In this document: piece after piece, positions 1-12,595 of the stretch | Position numbering within the stretch: the stretch's first letter is position 1 | Layout of the letters: every line of letters begins with the position of its first letter | Assembly (NCBI GenBank): GCA_028534125.1 | Contig: CM052818.1 | Coordinates: 26,848,001 to 26,912,000 of the forward strand | From: Lama glama | Lineage: Eukaryota | DNA length: 64,000 bases | Reading direction: 5' to 3' | Notes under the pieces: model-generated | The model's input: only the letters and a program-made list of their open reading frames with translations | Told to the model about the DNA's origin: nothing | Databases searched by the model: none | Made by a program: the position numbers and the translations under genes

Positions 1-189
1 TAGAGCTTACTTTTACTTTTATATGAAACGGCTTAGAACTTTAGCTAAGAAACATTGTACTGAGGGGGGGTCTTATGATTAGAACTGTAATAGTACTACC
101 ATAAAAAAGTACTTATTAAACAAATATATGTGCTAGATTTAAGCATAAGTTATTATTCCTGGTAGACAGCCTCAAAAATAATTATGTAC

Positions 190-231
190 CTGTTTTGACA
201 TTGAGGGGAATTGGTTCAACAATACCATCTC
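190..231 (-). CDS. GPATCH11: GPATCH11 coding exon (end of G-patch: G-DGIVEPIPLNVKT-G); gene continues beyond the left edge
   Basis: Minus strand tttttttag|GAGATGGT...AAAACAG|gtacat; 42 nt, phase 1/1, in frame with the previous exon. Confidence 0.93.
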
Positions 232-453
232 CTAAAAAAAGAGAACAAAACACAAATGACTTTAGAAATTCTTCCTCAAACTATAGGTAAGTGCAGTATG
301 CAGCCTTACAATGTTCCATACATATCCCCTCCAGTTTCACTGGTATTCAAAACTGAAATCTGAACATTAATACTCTATATAATCAACTACCTCCCTTGCC
401 TTCAAATACCTAGTCCTGGTCCATAGCCTCCTCTGCAACTGAAGGTAGGGTTT

Positions 454-499
454 CTTTATCTTTTCATTGAAGTATAGTTGATTTACAGTGTTGTGTTCC
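454..499 (-). mobile_element. Extremely 5'-truncated L1 3' tail with 13-bp target-site duplication (TSD)
   Basis: L1-tail-like ttttcattgaagtatagttgatttacagtgttgtgtt, flanked by gaaggtagggttt at 441-453 and 500-512. Confidence 0.75.
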
Positions 500-1078
500 G
501 AAGGTAGGGTTTTAAAGAAATGAAAACACTGATACGTATTCAAGAGGGTGGCAGCCTCAAGAGAGAGCAAGGCCTTGCTAGGTGAAGATCAAAGCAACGG
601 CAATGAAGGAGAGAAGAGAGAAACAGCTTACAGAAGCTACTACAGAGGTGGCCTCTATCTCTGAATAAGCAGTCTCATTCCTAAAAGAGAGGTGAGATCT
701 GAGCTTCTCCAACTGAGTGGTTACTCAGGCAGCTGCCACAGGCACAGAGCAAGCACGGCAGAGTCCTGCCATCATCTCCAATGTTGCATCCCTGTCCTTT
801 GGCCACTGTACTTCTTCACCCTTCTGCCACTGCTCCTAGTTGTTGCCTCCATTTTAAGCCTCGTTCATCTCACTGGTTAGTGCTTTCAAGCCTGAGCTGC
901 GCTGATAAGCAGCTCTTGATGGCACGTGGCTACCTAAGTGGCTGTGGGGAGATGAAGATCTCCATAAGCTTGCCAGCATGTAAGGGACTAGGAAGCTTAA
1001 GTTGTCTTAATTTCTGGGTAGGGGGACAAAAATTAAAGAGTCATCGCTGGTACTTGTCACCTAAGCATCTGGTGGTTA

Positions 1079-1363
<285 letters not shown>

Positions 1364-1891
1364 TTAGACGAGTACGTGAAAGTTTCTCCTAACTTTGCCA
1401 CTTACTCGCTTGACACTAAATATTTCAGTGCTACCTCTGGAATCCTCTTTGCTATCATCAACAACAGAACACAACCAGTGACCTCTGAGAACGGCTGTCT
1501 TAGTGAAAGTGATGAAGGCTGGTGCCAGATTGTAGGAAACTATAGAAAATATAGAGTTGAAGAAATCAGTAATAGTAAATTTAGACCAATTTTTCCAGGA
1601 GGCTGGCAAGAATAAAGGGCAAAGCTGACAGTAGAAGAAGAGACCATAAGATGAAAGAAAACAGTAAATTTCCTTGGAAGAGGGGAATAAAAAGACTCAA
1701 GGGCAGGAGTTAAACACTAAGCGTTAAAAGGGAAGAGGCTTCTAGTATCTTTGTATTATAAAATGTAGGAAGTGTTGCCATAAAGCAAAAAGACTAACTT
1801 TCCAACCTCACCTTTGGAATCAATGTCATTGTTTAAAAATCTACACTGATGTCTCAAACACATCATTACATGAGGTGTGCACAGTTACTTA

Positions 1892-2002
<111 letters not shown>

Positions 2003-2834
2003 TCAGTTTACCAAAATGGAAATAAATGTGCATGTATCCCCAGCTATGACCTTTCTCCAGAGCTCTACTCCACATTCAAGTGCACTTTTGACATCTTTCT
2101 GGGTGGTGCTCTCAAACTGAACAATCCAAATAACTCATCTCCTCCCCCACAACCTCCTTCATCCTTTTTATTTTCAAATTAGTGCCCCTGCTTTCTCCCC
2201 TTTCCTGACCTCTTATAAACCCCTGCTAACCATTCCTCCATAATATCCCTCATAGGCATTTTCCCCACAGCTGTGACCACTGCTTTAGTTTAGGCACTCC
2301 TTTCTCACCTGAACTATTACACCTACTTCCTAATTGGTCTCATTGCCTTTGGCCTCTCCTCTTCCAGCCCATCCTCTGCAAGTTCTCCAGAGTGGCTTTT
2401 TAAAAACCTAAGTCAGGCCATCTTAGTTGTCTGTTTCAAATCCTTCAATAAACTTTACCCTGTGGGCAGTGGAGGAATCATCACTTTAACACGGCAGGAG
2501 AGCCTTCATGATCTGATCTCTGGCTCTTTATTAGGATTTATTATTCATGCCACATGGGCTCCTCCTTGCCCTCTGAACATACCATGGACAGTTCCTTCCT
2601 TCTAGGCCTGGGCTACCTTCCTTCACAAAAACCTGTCCTGACCACTCCAGGCCTCTATCTGCAGCATTTCATGTTCAAGCTGTTCATTTGGAACTTGATG
2701 TAGTCAACACTTCACTTATATGGAAACATTTTTTTGAGGACAGTTTCCAACCTAAATAGTTAAAATCATGTAATTGTTAGCCCTAAAAGGGTTAAAGGGG
2801 TAAAATAATTATCCAGAAGAGTGCAGCTCAAACT

Positions 2835-2950
2835 TTATTTTGTATATGAATTGCCCCAGGATCTTAAAATGCGGAGTCAGATTCTGAGCCAGAGCCTGAG
2901 GTTCTGTGTTTCTAACAGGCTCCCAGGTGATGTCAACGCTGTGGGTCCAG
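2835..2950. mobile_element. MER5A-like hAT-Charlie MITE fragment
   Basis: gcctgaggttctgtgtttctaacaggctcccaggtgatg resembles the MER5A core as I recall it. Confidence 0.65.
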
Positions 2951-2989
2951 TTACAGGATACGAAAGGGGAGTCACTTGTTGCAGTGCGC

Positions 2990-3728
2990 GTATGCTGTTT
3001 TTGCCTGGTTGTCATCCTTCCCTTTGGAAACCCAGCCCTCTGCCCTCCTTGTGGAAGGTGGCAATCTTAGTACACCCTTGGGTACAAGATGGCCAATTAG
3101 AGTGACCTATACCCTAGCAAGAGGAGAGGGGGTGACCTATCAGGGAGGATAAACATCTTTTTCCCTATAAGATACAAATATATAAGTTGTTGGGGAAAGA
3201 AGCTCTCTTTGCTGGGGTTTCTGAACTGGAAGTATGTGAAGATGGGCTGTGGGAGCCCATCTTCTCGGCCATATGAAGAGATCCTGTTCTGCAGAATGAA
3301 CCCAGAGTGGACCTGTGTAACCAACAGGATATTGTGGAAATAGTGGAGTGTGACTTCTTGGTCATAAGAGACACTACAGCTCTTAGTTAGATCCCTTGAA
3401 CTCTGAAGGAAGTTAGCTGTTACGTAGTGAGAATATTTAAGCAGCTCTGTGGAGAGGTCTACACAGGAGGAACTGAGGCCTCCTGTTGACAACCAGCACA
3501 AACTTGGGAGTGACATGAGTAAGTCACCTTGGAAATGGATCCTCTAGCCCCAGTCAAGCCTTCAGATGACTCAGCCTGGGCTAGCATCTTCCCCACAATT
3601 CCTTAAATTCCAAGCTAAGCCAAACCACTATTTCTCAACCCACAGAAACTGTGACAGCATAAATGATTATAGTTATTTCAAGCTGCTAAGTTTTGGATTA
3701 ATTTGTTATACAGCATCAGATAATAGAA
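2990..3728 (+). mobile_element. MLT1-type (ERVL-MaLR) solo LTR
   Basis: gaggaactgaggcctcctg, ccccagtcaagccttcagatgac, and a typical 3' end aagctgctaagttttgg...tttgttatacagcatcagataa; subfamily and left boundary uncertain. Confidence 0.7.
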
Positions 3729-4876
3729 ATCAGCACCCATATTAGGAGATAGAACCTTATCAGCCACGCATAAGTCCTCTTTGTTCCCTACCCTATCACA
3801 ACCCTTCCAGTCACTTCCTTCCTTTTATGTATAGTTTCACCATCCACACATGCATCCTTAAACATTACAATTTAGTTTTGCCTACTTTTATTTTTATTAT
3901 AATACAATTAAGTTAAAAGTGTTAAAGATTATATACAGCATTTTGGTAATTCACCTAGTGTCTACAAACCTGGATTCTCCATTTGTAATAACAGTATTTT
4001 TAACCATAATGGTTTAGCACCTACCTAGTATATCACACATTTTTATTCCATTTAATTATCATTAACAACTCTGTAAGGTAGGAATAGTTAGTCCTGCTTT
4101 CCAGTTGGAGAAATTAAGACTCACTATGGCTAAATGACTTGCTCAATACCACAAAAAATCCAGGTCTTAGAGCTCTTTCTACTGCAAATAGGATTAGATT
4201 ACTTTTACGGGACACATTTAGCTCTAAAGTGCTAGGAATAACGGAATGGGGATTACAGGTCTTTCTAAATCTCCTTTTTTTATGGTTACAATGTACTTTA
4301 GCACCATCTATTCCCATCAAGCATAACAATAAACTTCATAAGGCAATAATCCAGGCAGAGATGACGGTGGCTTGGACCAGTGACAGCAGTGAAAGTGGTG
4401 AGAAGTGATCAGATTCTGTGTATATTCTTAAAATAGAGGTAACAAGATTGCTGATGGATTGGAGGTGGTGTGAAATCGATGTCAAAAATTACTTCAAGGC
4501 TTTTGGTCTGAATACCTGGAAGAATGGAGTTACCAGTTTTTGAGAGTGGTTAGATTGTAGCACAGGTTTGCTTTTTTAAAAGGCAGAGAGCTGGCAGGGA
4601 GGCGACAAGAGAGCTGCTTCACATATATTGAGAATGTCATTACACATCCAAGTGGAGAGAGGTACTAAGGAGCAAAGTTACGAAGAAATGCCTCAGTCCC
4701 AAACACTCCCGATAGGGACGGCTCATCCCTCCCCTCCCGTATTCCTCCCAGTTGCAAGCGTTCAACAGACGCGACCACTCACGGGTGGGAGCATGGGTAA
4801 TGGTGTGACGGGTAGTCACAGCCAGTGCACAGATCATCGCCATTCATCGTTCTCTCAGGCGCCCATAACCCCTTAC

Positions 4877-4940
4877 CTGGCAGCTCCACTCGCTCCCGGC
4901 CGGCTCGCAAGAGCGCTCGCGGCGCATGCGCCCACCAACC
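4877..4940 (-). other. GPATCH11: GPATCH11 exon 1 (5' leader; transcription start not determinable)
   Basis: Minus-strand donor CCAG|gtaagg at 4877/4876 within the CpG island; the 5' boundary is a guess. Confidence 0.65.
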
Positions 4941-5059
4941 TGCGCAGGATCTCTGGGTCAGGGTTCCTACCTGAGTTTCCGCGAACAGAATCAATTGGAA
5001 ACCTGCGGCAGGCGGGGCGAGCAGGACGTGGTTAGAGCGCTTGCGCGGATCAGCCTTCC

Positions 5060-5176
5060 GCGCACGCGCTCTTCCCCCGCTTCCTGCCTGCAGGAGGGCG
5101 GGAGGCGGGGCATCCGGGTCCCTCGGCGGCTGCTTCGGCCCCGGAGCTCAGCTGATCCGCTCTGCCTGACTAGGAG
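5060..5176 (+). other. HEATR5B: HEATR5B non-coding exon 1 (transcription start approximate)
   Basis: Donor GAG|gtgagg at 5176/5177 in the CpG island; no ATG in the exon. Confidence 0.65.
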
Positions 5177-5970
5177 GTGAGGCCGCCCCCTCCACCTGCG
5201 AAAGATGCGCGTTGACAGGCACACACACACTCTAGTCACCCCGTTGCTGTCTGAGTGCTGGGGGATGGAATTCGAGTTCGTAATGAACATTTTCCTCTTT
5301 CAGCCGCCGCCTCATGGGGTTGGCAGCCCCGGTGACCCGGCCGAGGCCTGGGGCGGCCTGTTAGGCTTCCCCTAGGCCTGGCGCTGCGCTGGCGTCCTCG
5401 GAATCTTGGGGTTAAGTCAACCCTGCGGCGCGTGGCGTCCGCCAGCTGCGTTCCTGGACCGCCCGGGGTTGCCAGTGAACCCTCGGCCGCTGCCACACCA
5501 TCCCTGTAGAAAGACTCCTGCAGACTTTCAGTGGGGCCTTTCTGCTGGGGCGTTTTGACGTCCTCCTGGGACAGATGCAGGGGGAAGGTGAAGGGTGCTG
5601 TGCACTGAGCAGGGGGCGAGAAAAAAGGAGGATGGTTGTCAGGCCCAGATGGTGTTTGATCTTGGTGCTTCAGGTTTCCCATTCATGGAATGGGTCAATG
5701 TTATGTGTTTTGCTAGGTATATTTCTTCCAGAATAATGCCTTATTTGCAATATTTATTTTAATTTTCGCCTGACTCCATTGTTCGTTCTTCCTCACGACG
5801 CATGACTTTCTTTTGTTTGTTTGTACCCTTATCCTTTAAAATTAGGTTCTCAGGTTTTGCCTCAAAGAAGTTAGTTTCCTCCAAATGAAATGAGAAGTAA
5901 AGCCTTTTCATAGTGATTACATTCATTAATCTTGACTTTTAACATTAATAAGTCCTTACAGGTATTTTAA

Positions 5971-6144
<174 letters not shown>

Positions 6145-7259
6145 TGATTTTTTTCTAGTTGGGTTAACGTTATATAGAGTATTATGTGTTTACGATTTAT
6201 AAGAAAACACATTATGTTTTGGAAACGTTGTGGGTCACTTATGGAACCTGAGAATATTGTGCTGTAATAAGAATTTCTTACCTGTCCTTTTTCTATCCTG
6301 TGGCAAAACTCACACCCCGTTTAAGTGTGAGTGGAGAAAAACATGACTGTCACTTTAAATTCATTATCTTCAACATCAAGTGGTCCCTCAGTGCTGTGTA
6401 GCAGTCCCAATATCTCCACTTACCTCTCTGAAGAGTTAATACCAGGCTTTTTTCTTTAAGTCTTTTCACCTAAGTTACTTTTCATTATTTATGCGTTTTA
6501 TTTTCTGTCTTTAAAATTAGATGCTTTCCTCAAGTTAACATTAAATTTCCTGCTCAAATCTGAGAGTGCGTAGTAAAAAGTTTTCTGGGTAAGGGGAGCT
6601 TGTCTATGCTTCGCCGTAGACTAATCCAGTTCTTTGAGGAACCCCTTTTAGATTTCTCTTGACTAGTCATTCCCCAGAAGAGATTTTTATACTCTAGTGT
6701 CTTAGCGATATACGACTAGCTGCCTAAGTTCAAGGATTTGAGGGAGAAGGCTGGAGACTTCAACATTCAGTGTGTAAACTTTTACTCAATCTCCCTGTTT
6801 TTAGTGCGGTTTTCCCAGCCCACAGCTGTGCCTAAGTTCACGAAGTCCAGAGTGGAGGAGAGAGATAAGGAATCTTACAGCTTCTTAAACTTAAGAAAAG
6901 TCTTAAAGCTTCTTCTCAAGCATTCCTTCCATTTCTAGGCACAACTTTACTCTCTCCACTGTAAGCATTTAGGGCCTCAAAGCAGCAACAACAACAAACA
7001 AACATGAGCTTTTAGGGGGTTCTGTGTTGGAAGTTGCATCTCTGCTGAGCTTTCTGTATTGGGAATACCTGGCTTCTATATTTTGCACTGATTCTTTTTT
7101 ATTTTGCACTGATTCTTTTTGAATTTTCTTTGCCCTTGTGTATTTGTGCATTTGTTTTGGTTGCCCTTTAGTATACTTTTAGTTTCTAGAGAGACAGAGT
7201 CAGTGCATGGATTTATTTACAGTTTTTAACTGAAAGTTTCTATTTTCTCTTAAACCCAT

Positions 7260-8632
7260 TCCAGCTGAGTATTTGTTGCCTCCATTCCACTGAAACAGAT
7301 CTTGTATTGCCCAAACCAATGGTCAGTATTCTGTCTTAATTGACCCTTCAGCAGCTTTTGACATAACTGATCCTCTATCTTGAAGCATTTGAAATATTTT
7401 TGATTTTGTGGTGAAACAGAGAAAGACAAGAGAGTATATAGAAAGTATATCCAAATTATGAAGCACAATAATATGAACATCTGTATACCCTCCCCACCCA
7501 AATTAAACACATTGTTATTACTGTTAATGCACAGTTGGTGTGACGTTTTTCCTATTTGTGGTTCCCAACACACTATTTGCTTCCAGTCCTTCTCTTACTT
7601 CACTAGTTCTCCACATTCTCTCTTGCTGGGTGTCTCTCAGTCCTAGGCACTCTTTTTTTTTTTTAATACATCTTATTCCTTCAGTGATACCATCTAATCT
7701 CATGATTTTTACTACCATCTGTAGAGTGATGACTCCCAGATATCCACCTACTTACTCCACCTCTTTCTCTTGGTTATCTAAATGATATCCCCAAATTAGT
7801 GTATTTAAAACCCAATTCTTGATTTCACCCTCCCAAACCTGTCCTTTCCCTAGTGCTTTCTCTCTCAGAAAGTGACCATTTCATCCTTCTGGTTGCTCAG
7901 ATCGTAAACTGTAAAATCATTCTTCACGTCCCCCTTTTTCTCTAGCTAAACATCATATTTATCAGTAAATGATATTGGTTCTACCCCCTAAATATATCCA
8001 GAACTCAGTTACTTCTCATTATCTCTGTTGTTCCACCCTCATCTCTCATTATATTATTGCCACAGCTTCTTATGTGCTCACCATGTTTCCAGCCATGTAC
8101 CTTGTAGAGTATCCTTAGCTCAGTAGGCAGAGTGAGACTTTTAAAACATTTAAAATAGAAAAACATAAAAAAGGAAGGACATGTTCCTCCTTTGCTGCAA
8201 ACTCTCACTCAGAATAAAATATGAAGTCCTTACAATGGTGTGTAAGACCTGCAAGACCTGGTCCCTGCTACCATTCTGACTTCATCTCCTGCTACTTCCT
8301 CTGTCTTACTCTGCTCCAGCCACACTGGCTTCTTGCTGTCCTCAGGAATGTCAAGCATGCTCCCACCTCAAGGCCTTTGCACTTGTTTCCTGCCCGAAAT
8401 GTTCTCCCAGATATCTGTATAACTCACATCTTTACTTCTTTGCTTACTAATCCATATAAAACAGTAAGAACCCACACTATTCATTTGTTTATTTGGTAAA
8501 CCCTTTTTCTCTCCACTAGAATGTAAACTTTATGAGGGCAGAGACCTTGTCTATTGAGTTCACTCTAGTGCCTGGAATTGTGCATGGTACGTTAAGTGCA
8601 CAATAAGTATTTCATGAATGAATGAATGAATT
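7260..8632 (+). mobile_element. L2 LINE fragments (interrupted around 7400-7600)
   Basis: L2-like ORF2/3' sequence (cccacctcaaggcctttgcac, ctagaatgtaaactttatgagggcagagacc) ending in (tgaa)n. Confidence 0.75.
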
Positions 8633-9116
8633 CTCAGTATTGATTATGAATACATCTGAATATTTTTTTCTGTTGCCTAGAGCTCTTCAGAGTCTCTTGG
8701 TTTCCTTTACTGACTTACAACTTTATGAGCTACTGACTTTGCCTTTATAGAGGAGCCTGTGTCTGGGTTCTAAGACATCAATTGTCCATACACTCAATAT
8801 TTTACATCCTTTGACTATTGGTTTCTTTCTTAGTAAGTTGGTGTGGAAATTTTTTGGATCTAGAGTGGTCAGTTTTAATGGTAGCTAACTTTGTGGAACT
8901 GGAGGGGGATGAAGGAGAATAATCCAAGAAAGAATGATTGATTTCTTACTGAACTCTTCTTTATCTTGAAAATTCTTTTTTATGGTTTTATGCCTAATGT
9001 AATATAGATTTTAATGATTAGAGTGCATTAACTGTTAAGTATTTTTTAATTCTGACTGAAAGGTAACAAAAGTATATATATGTAAGAAACTGATGATGTT
9101 CTTTATCTTTTTCTAA

Positions 9117-9332
<216 letters not shown>

Positions 9333-9434
9333 TGAGTACTTACTTTGAGATTAACCCTTGAAATTTGTTTGTTTTTTCAAAGTATCTTATGTTTTCAGAA
9401 AAAATTATTTATTTAGTTTAAACAAAGCTCAGGA

Positions 9435-9569
9435 TTTTTGAGGGGGAGGGGGAGGTAATTAGGTTTATTTATTTGTTTGTTTGTTTTAATAGAGGTACTG
9501 GGGATTGAACCCAGGACCTTGTGCATTCTAAGCATGCACTGTACCACTGAGCTATACCCTTCCCACCCC
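9435..9569 (-). mobile_element. tRNA-derived SINE (Vic-1-like, camelid)
   Basis: Reverse complement reads gggtatagctcagtggtacagtgcatgcttagaatgcacaaggtcctgggttcaatccccagtacctc...aaacctaattacctccccc; A and B boxes present; same family as 18396 and 29938. Confidence 0.85.
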
Positions 9570-9835
9570 GAGTAAATTTATCTTAATAAGGGACTGCTGA
9601 TCCTCAGGTAGGTGGAACCTGAGGCATGCTGGTGACAGTAAAAGCTCCAAGTAGGTCTGGGCAAAGGGTTCTATTTCAACATACGCTCCATTGCCACTGG
9701 AACTTTCAGCAAACTACAGAGAACTGGTTATGTTGTCAGCAATTTGCACAGGAGTTTTTGGTAATTTTGGGTGAAGATAGTATTCTTGGCTGGGATAGAA
9801 AGAAAAATAAAGAATTTCTAGGTGATAAGATTGAC

Positions 9836-10015
9836 ACAGGAATGGGTAAATTTGGCCCACAGGCCAAATCCAGCTTACCACTTCTTTTATAAATAAAGTT
9901 TTATTAGAATACAGACATGCTCCTTCATTTAAGTGGTAGCTGTTTTCTCACCCCAAAATGGCAGAGTTGAGTACCTAAGACAGACCATTTTGCCTCCAAG
10001 TTTGCTGACCCCCTC
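9836..10015 (-). mobile_element. MER58A-like hAT MITE
   Basis: ggcccacaggccaaatccagc...aataaagttttattagaatacag...gcagagttgagta. Confidence 0.7.
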
Positions 10016-10345
10016 GTTAAAGGGCGTAACTGAACTCCAGGCTCATACTTGTGGTCTGGGTCAAGGGCGATCATTTTCAGAGCAAGTCTTGAGGATAATG
10101 GCTAGAAGGAGGCATCCTGTGAAGGAGTCAGATAAGAAAATCAGCAGTTATAGCACCATGAGGAGTGCTATGGGAGGGAAAATAATAACCTAAGTAAGCT
10201 TAGCTGTGGTGTGAGAGGAGAGCAGTGTCAACAAAGGCTTCTCAAAGAAGCGTCAGCCAAGGAAGATCAACCATCGGGAGGGACACACAGAAACAAGTCA
10301 AATAAGGAGTTAAGATGGGAAAAGGGGAAGATGAATGTGATAGAT

Positions 10346-10560
10346 CAGGGGTGGGCAAATTTTGTGGAAAGGGCCAGAATGTAAATACTTTGGCTTACTG
10401 GACTATCCATCTCTGTCTCAACTACTCAACTCTGCCATAGGTGGTATTTAAATAAATGAGTATGGCTGTGTTCCAATAAAACTTTATTTACAACAACAGG
10501 TGGCAGGCAGGATCACGAGCCAGATTTGGCCTGCAGGCTGTAGTTTGCCAACCTATTTTC
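10346..10560 (+). mobile_element. MER58A-like hAT MITE
   Basis: caggggtgggcaaat...caactactcaactctgcc...ggctgtgttccaataaaactttattta...gtagtttgccaacc. Confidence 0.78.
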
Positions 10561-12172
10561 TAGACAAAGGAAATTTATAATTGGAAGCAGAGGTTATACC
10601 TTACTTATTTATACCTTATTTACAGTGCTTTACAGAAAGATAACAAAATAGTGGAGGGAATAAGTTGTGAAGGGAAGAAGATGAATCCAATTCTGCCCAT
10701 GCTGAATTTGGAGTCCAGGTGGCAGTATCCAAGTGACAGTGTGTAGTAGGCAGTTGGAAATCCTGGTCTGGATTTCAGAGGCCTGAGCTGAGAATGTTGT
10801 TTTGGTGAGTAGAGAATGGAGATCTGGGAAGAGGCAGAACCCTTTGGTAAGGATAGTTACCTAGGAAGAGCATACTACTGCTTGAGAAAAGAAGGTGCCA
10901 AGGATACAACTCTAGAACACTACCATTCAAGCAGTCAGGGCCAGTAAAACAGCTTACAGAGGAAATGGGGAAATTATTCTGAACCTGGACACTGATTTTT
11001 TTAGGTCTATTTTCAACTGCATAGATATGTTATGATTAAGTTTGTGTAGTTTGGGATAGATACAGATCTCAAAAATTTTAGAAGAGATTAGAGAACATTA
11101 GTGCTTTCCAGTTTATTTTGGAATTTGAAGCTGTGTTAATACTTTGGTGATTTGGTTCTCTACCACTTAGCAAATCTACACATAATTTTACAGTTCTGGT
11201 TAAGTAAAATTTGTTACATATGTATTTCCAGTGGAGTCATGAGTTTTGTTCAGGAATATTCTAATATATTCTGGTATGTGACCTCAGTCATTTTTAACTT
11301 TGTTGTCAGCCTATAAAGTATTGAAAAAAACATGGATTTAGAATCAAAGAGGTGAAGATCGATTCCCTGATTCTACTGTTTGTTGCTTGTACAGTGGGCA
11401 ACGCAGTTTATTTGATATCTCTTAGCCTCAGAGTAACTTGCTTAGGACACACAGCTATTATGTGGCACATTCTAGGGTTTAGGCACAGATCTGCCAGACT
11501 CCAAAGGATACACTCTTCACCTGTATGCCCTTCCTCTGCCTCACATGAGTGATGGTAGGGTGATTTCCTCCCTCCTGAAGAAGTGGGTTACGTTTTTTCT
11601 TCTGTGTAGCCAAATGTCCTATTAAAGCCATTGAGATTACATTTTACAAGTAATTGCTTATTGTTATTAATATATTAGGAGTCAGGCACTGTGAGCAATA
11701 CAGAAATACATAAGGTATCTTTCCTGTTCATGGAGTTTACATTTCTATTGACAAGACAGGATAAGATATAAACATATAAAATGGTCAGGTCACAACACAG
11801 TAAACAATATGATTTTTATCAAAATGAGTGGTTGACATTGTTACATATAATGAGAGAAAAGAGGGATCATTGTAGATTGACATAACTTGGGAAGTCCTCA
11901 TAAAAGGAAAGCTTGGGTTTTCCAAAGGGACAAGTATGATTTGTTATGTAAATATGTATATTTATTTTCTTGTTTTCCTAGGCAAGAACAATTTGAGAAA
12001 CTATGGTATTTGTTATAATTATAAAGAATAAACAAGATGTTCTTGAAAGCTGAAAATTAAGAATTTGTAGCCAAAAGTGTCCTGCACAAATACAAATTGC
12101 TTTCTGAAAATGGGAAAAGTGTGATAAAATTATAATCTGAACAGTGACTGGTGAAAGTATCACTTCTTACAG

Positions 12173-12281
12173 GGCTGCAGTGGCTTGTGTTGGAGCATTT
12201 TATGAAAAAATGGGGAGAATGTTAGGCAGTGCATTTCCAGAAACAGTAAATAATCTTTTGAAATCTCTAAAAAGTGCAGAG
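12173..12281 (+). CDS. HEATR5B: HEATR5B exon 4 ([18 protein letters not shown]...LKSAE)
   Basis: cttacag| ... GAG|gtaagt; 109 nt, phase 2/0. Confidence 0.95.
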
Positions 12282-12511
12282 GTAAGTTTTATAATAATTA
12301 TTACTTAAATGTTTTACTGTGGCAAGAGTTAGGTGTCAGTTAAAATATATATGTTTGCCTTTTTTCTGTCACTGTGTACTCACATTGCTTAGCAAGGGGT
12401 AATTTAAATTACTGTTTGCAAAAAAAATGTATTAATTGTCTCTTGTTTCAATGTACATTACCTCATATTTCAGGGAGAAAGGAAAGAATGCTTTTCCCTG
12501 GCAAAGGATAG

Positions 12512-12517
<6 letters not shown>

Positions 12518-12544
<27 letters not shown>
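12518..12544 (+). repeat. Poly(T)27
   Basis: Direct count; immediately followed by AG. Confidence 0.95.
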
Positions 12545-12595
12545 AGCCCTCAGGATGTTTTAGCAGTGCTATTTCATTTTTTGTGCCATAGCTGA

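Larger units (their letters stand above)
4700..5570. promoter_or_regulatory. CpG-island bidirectional promoter of GPATCH11/HEATR5B
   Basis: The only CpG-dense stretch in the window. NRF1 palindrome GCGCATGCGC at 4922-4931, NRF1-like sites at 5037-5046 and 5060-5069, ETS/GABP-like CTTCCG at 5055-5060. First-exon donors face outward on both strands. Confidence 0.9.

Noticed and set aside
4628..5682. Several 67-148 aa ORFs across the CpG island
   Set aside because: GC-rich, stop-poor promoter sequence with no recognisable domain; expected by chance.
5953..5967. cttacag|gtattt, an AG-GT recursive-splice-like motif
   Set aside because: Intron 1 is only ~0.8 kb and the motif is 26 nt from the real acceptor; at most an alternative 5'UTR acceptor.
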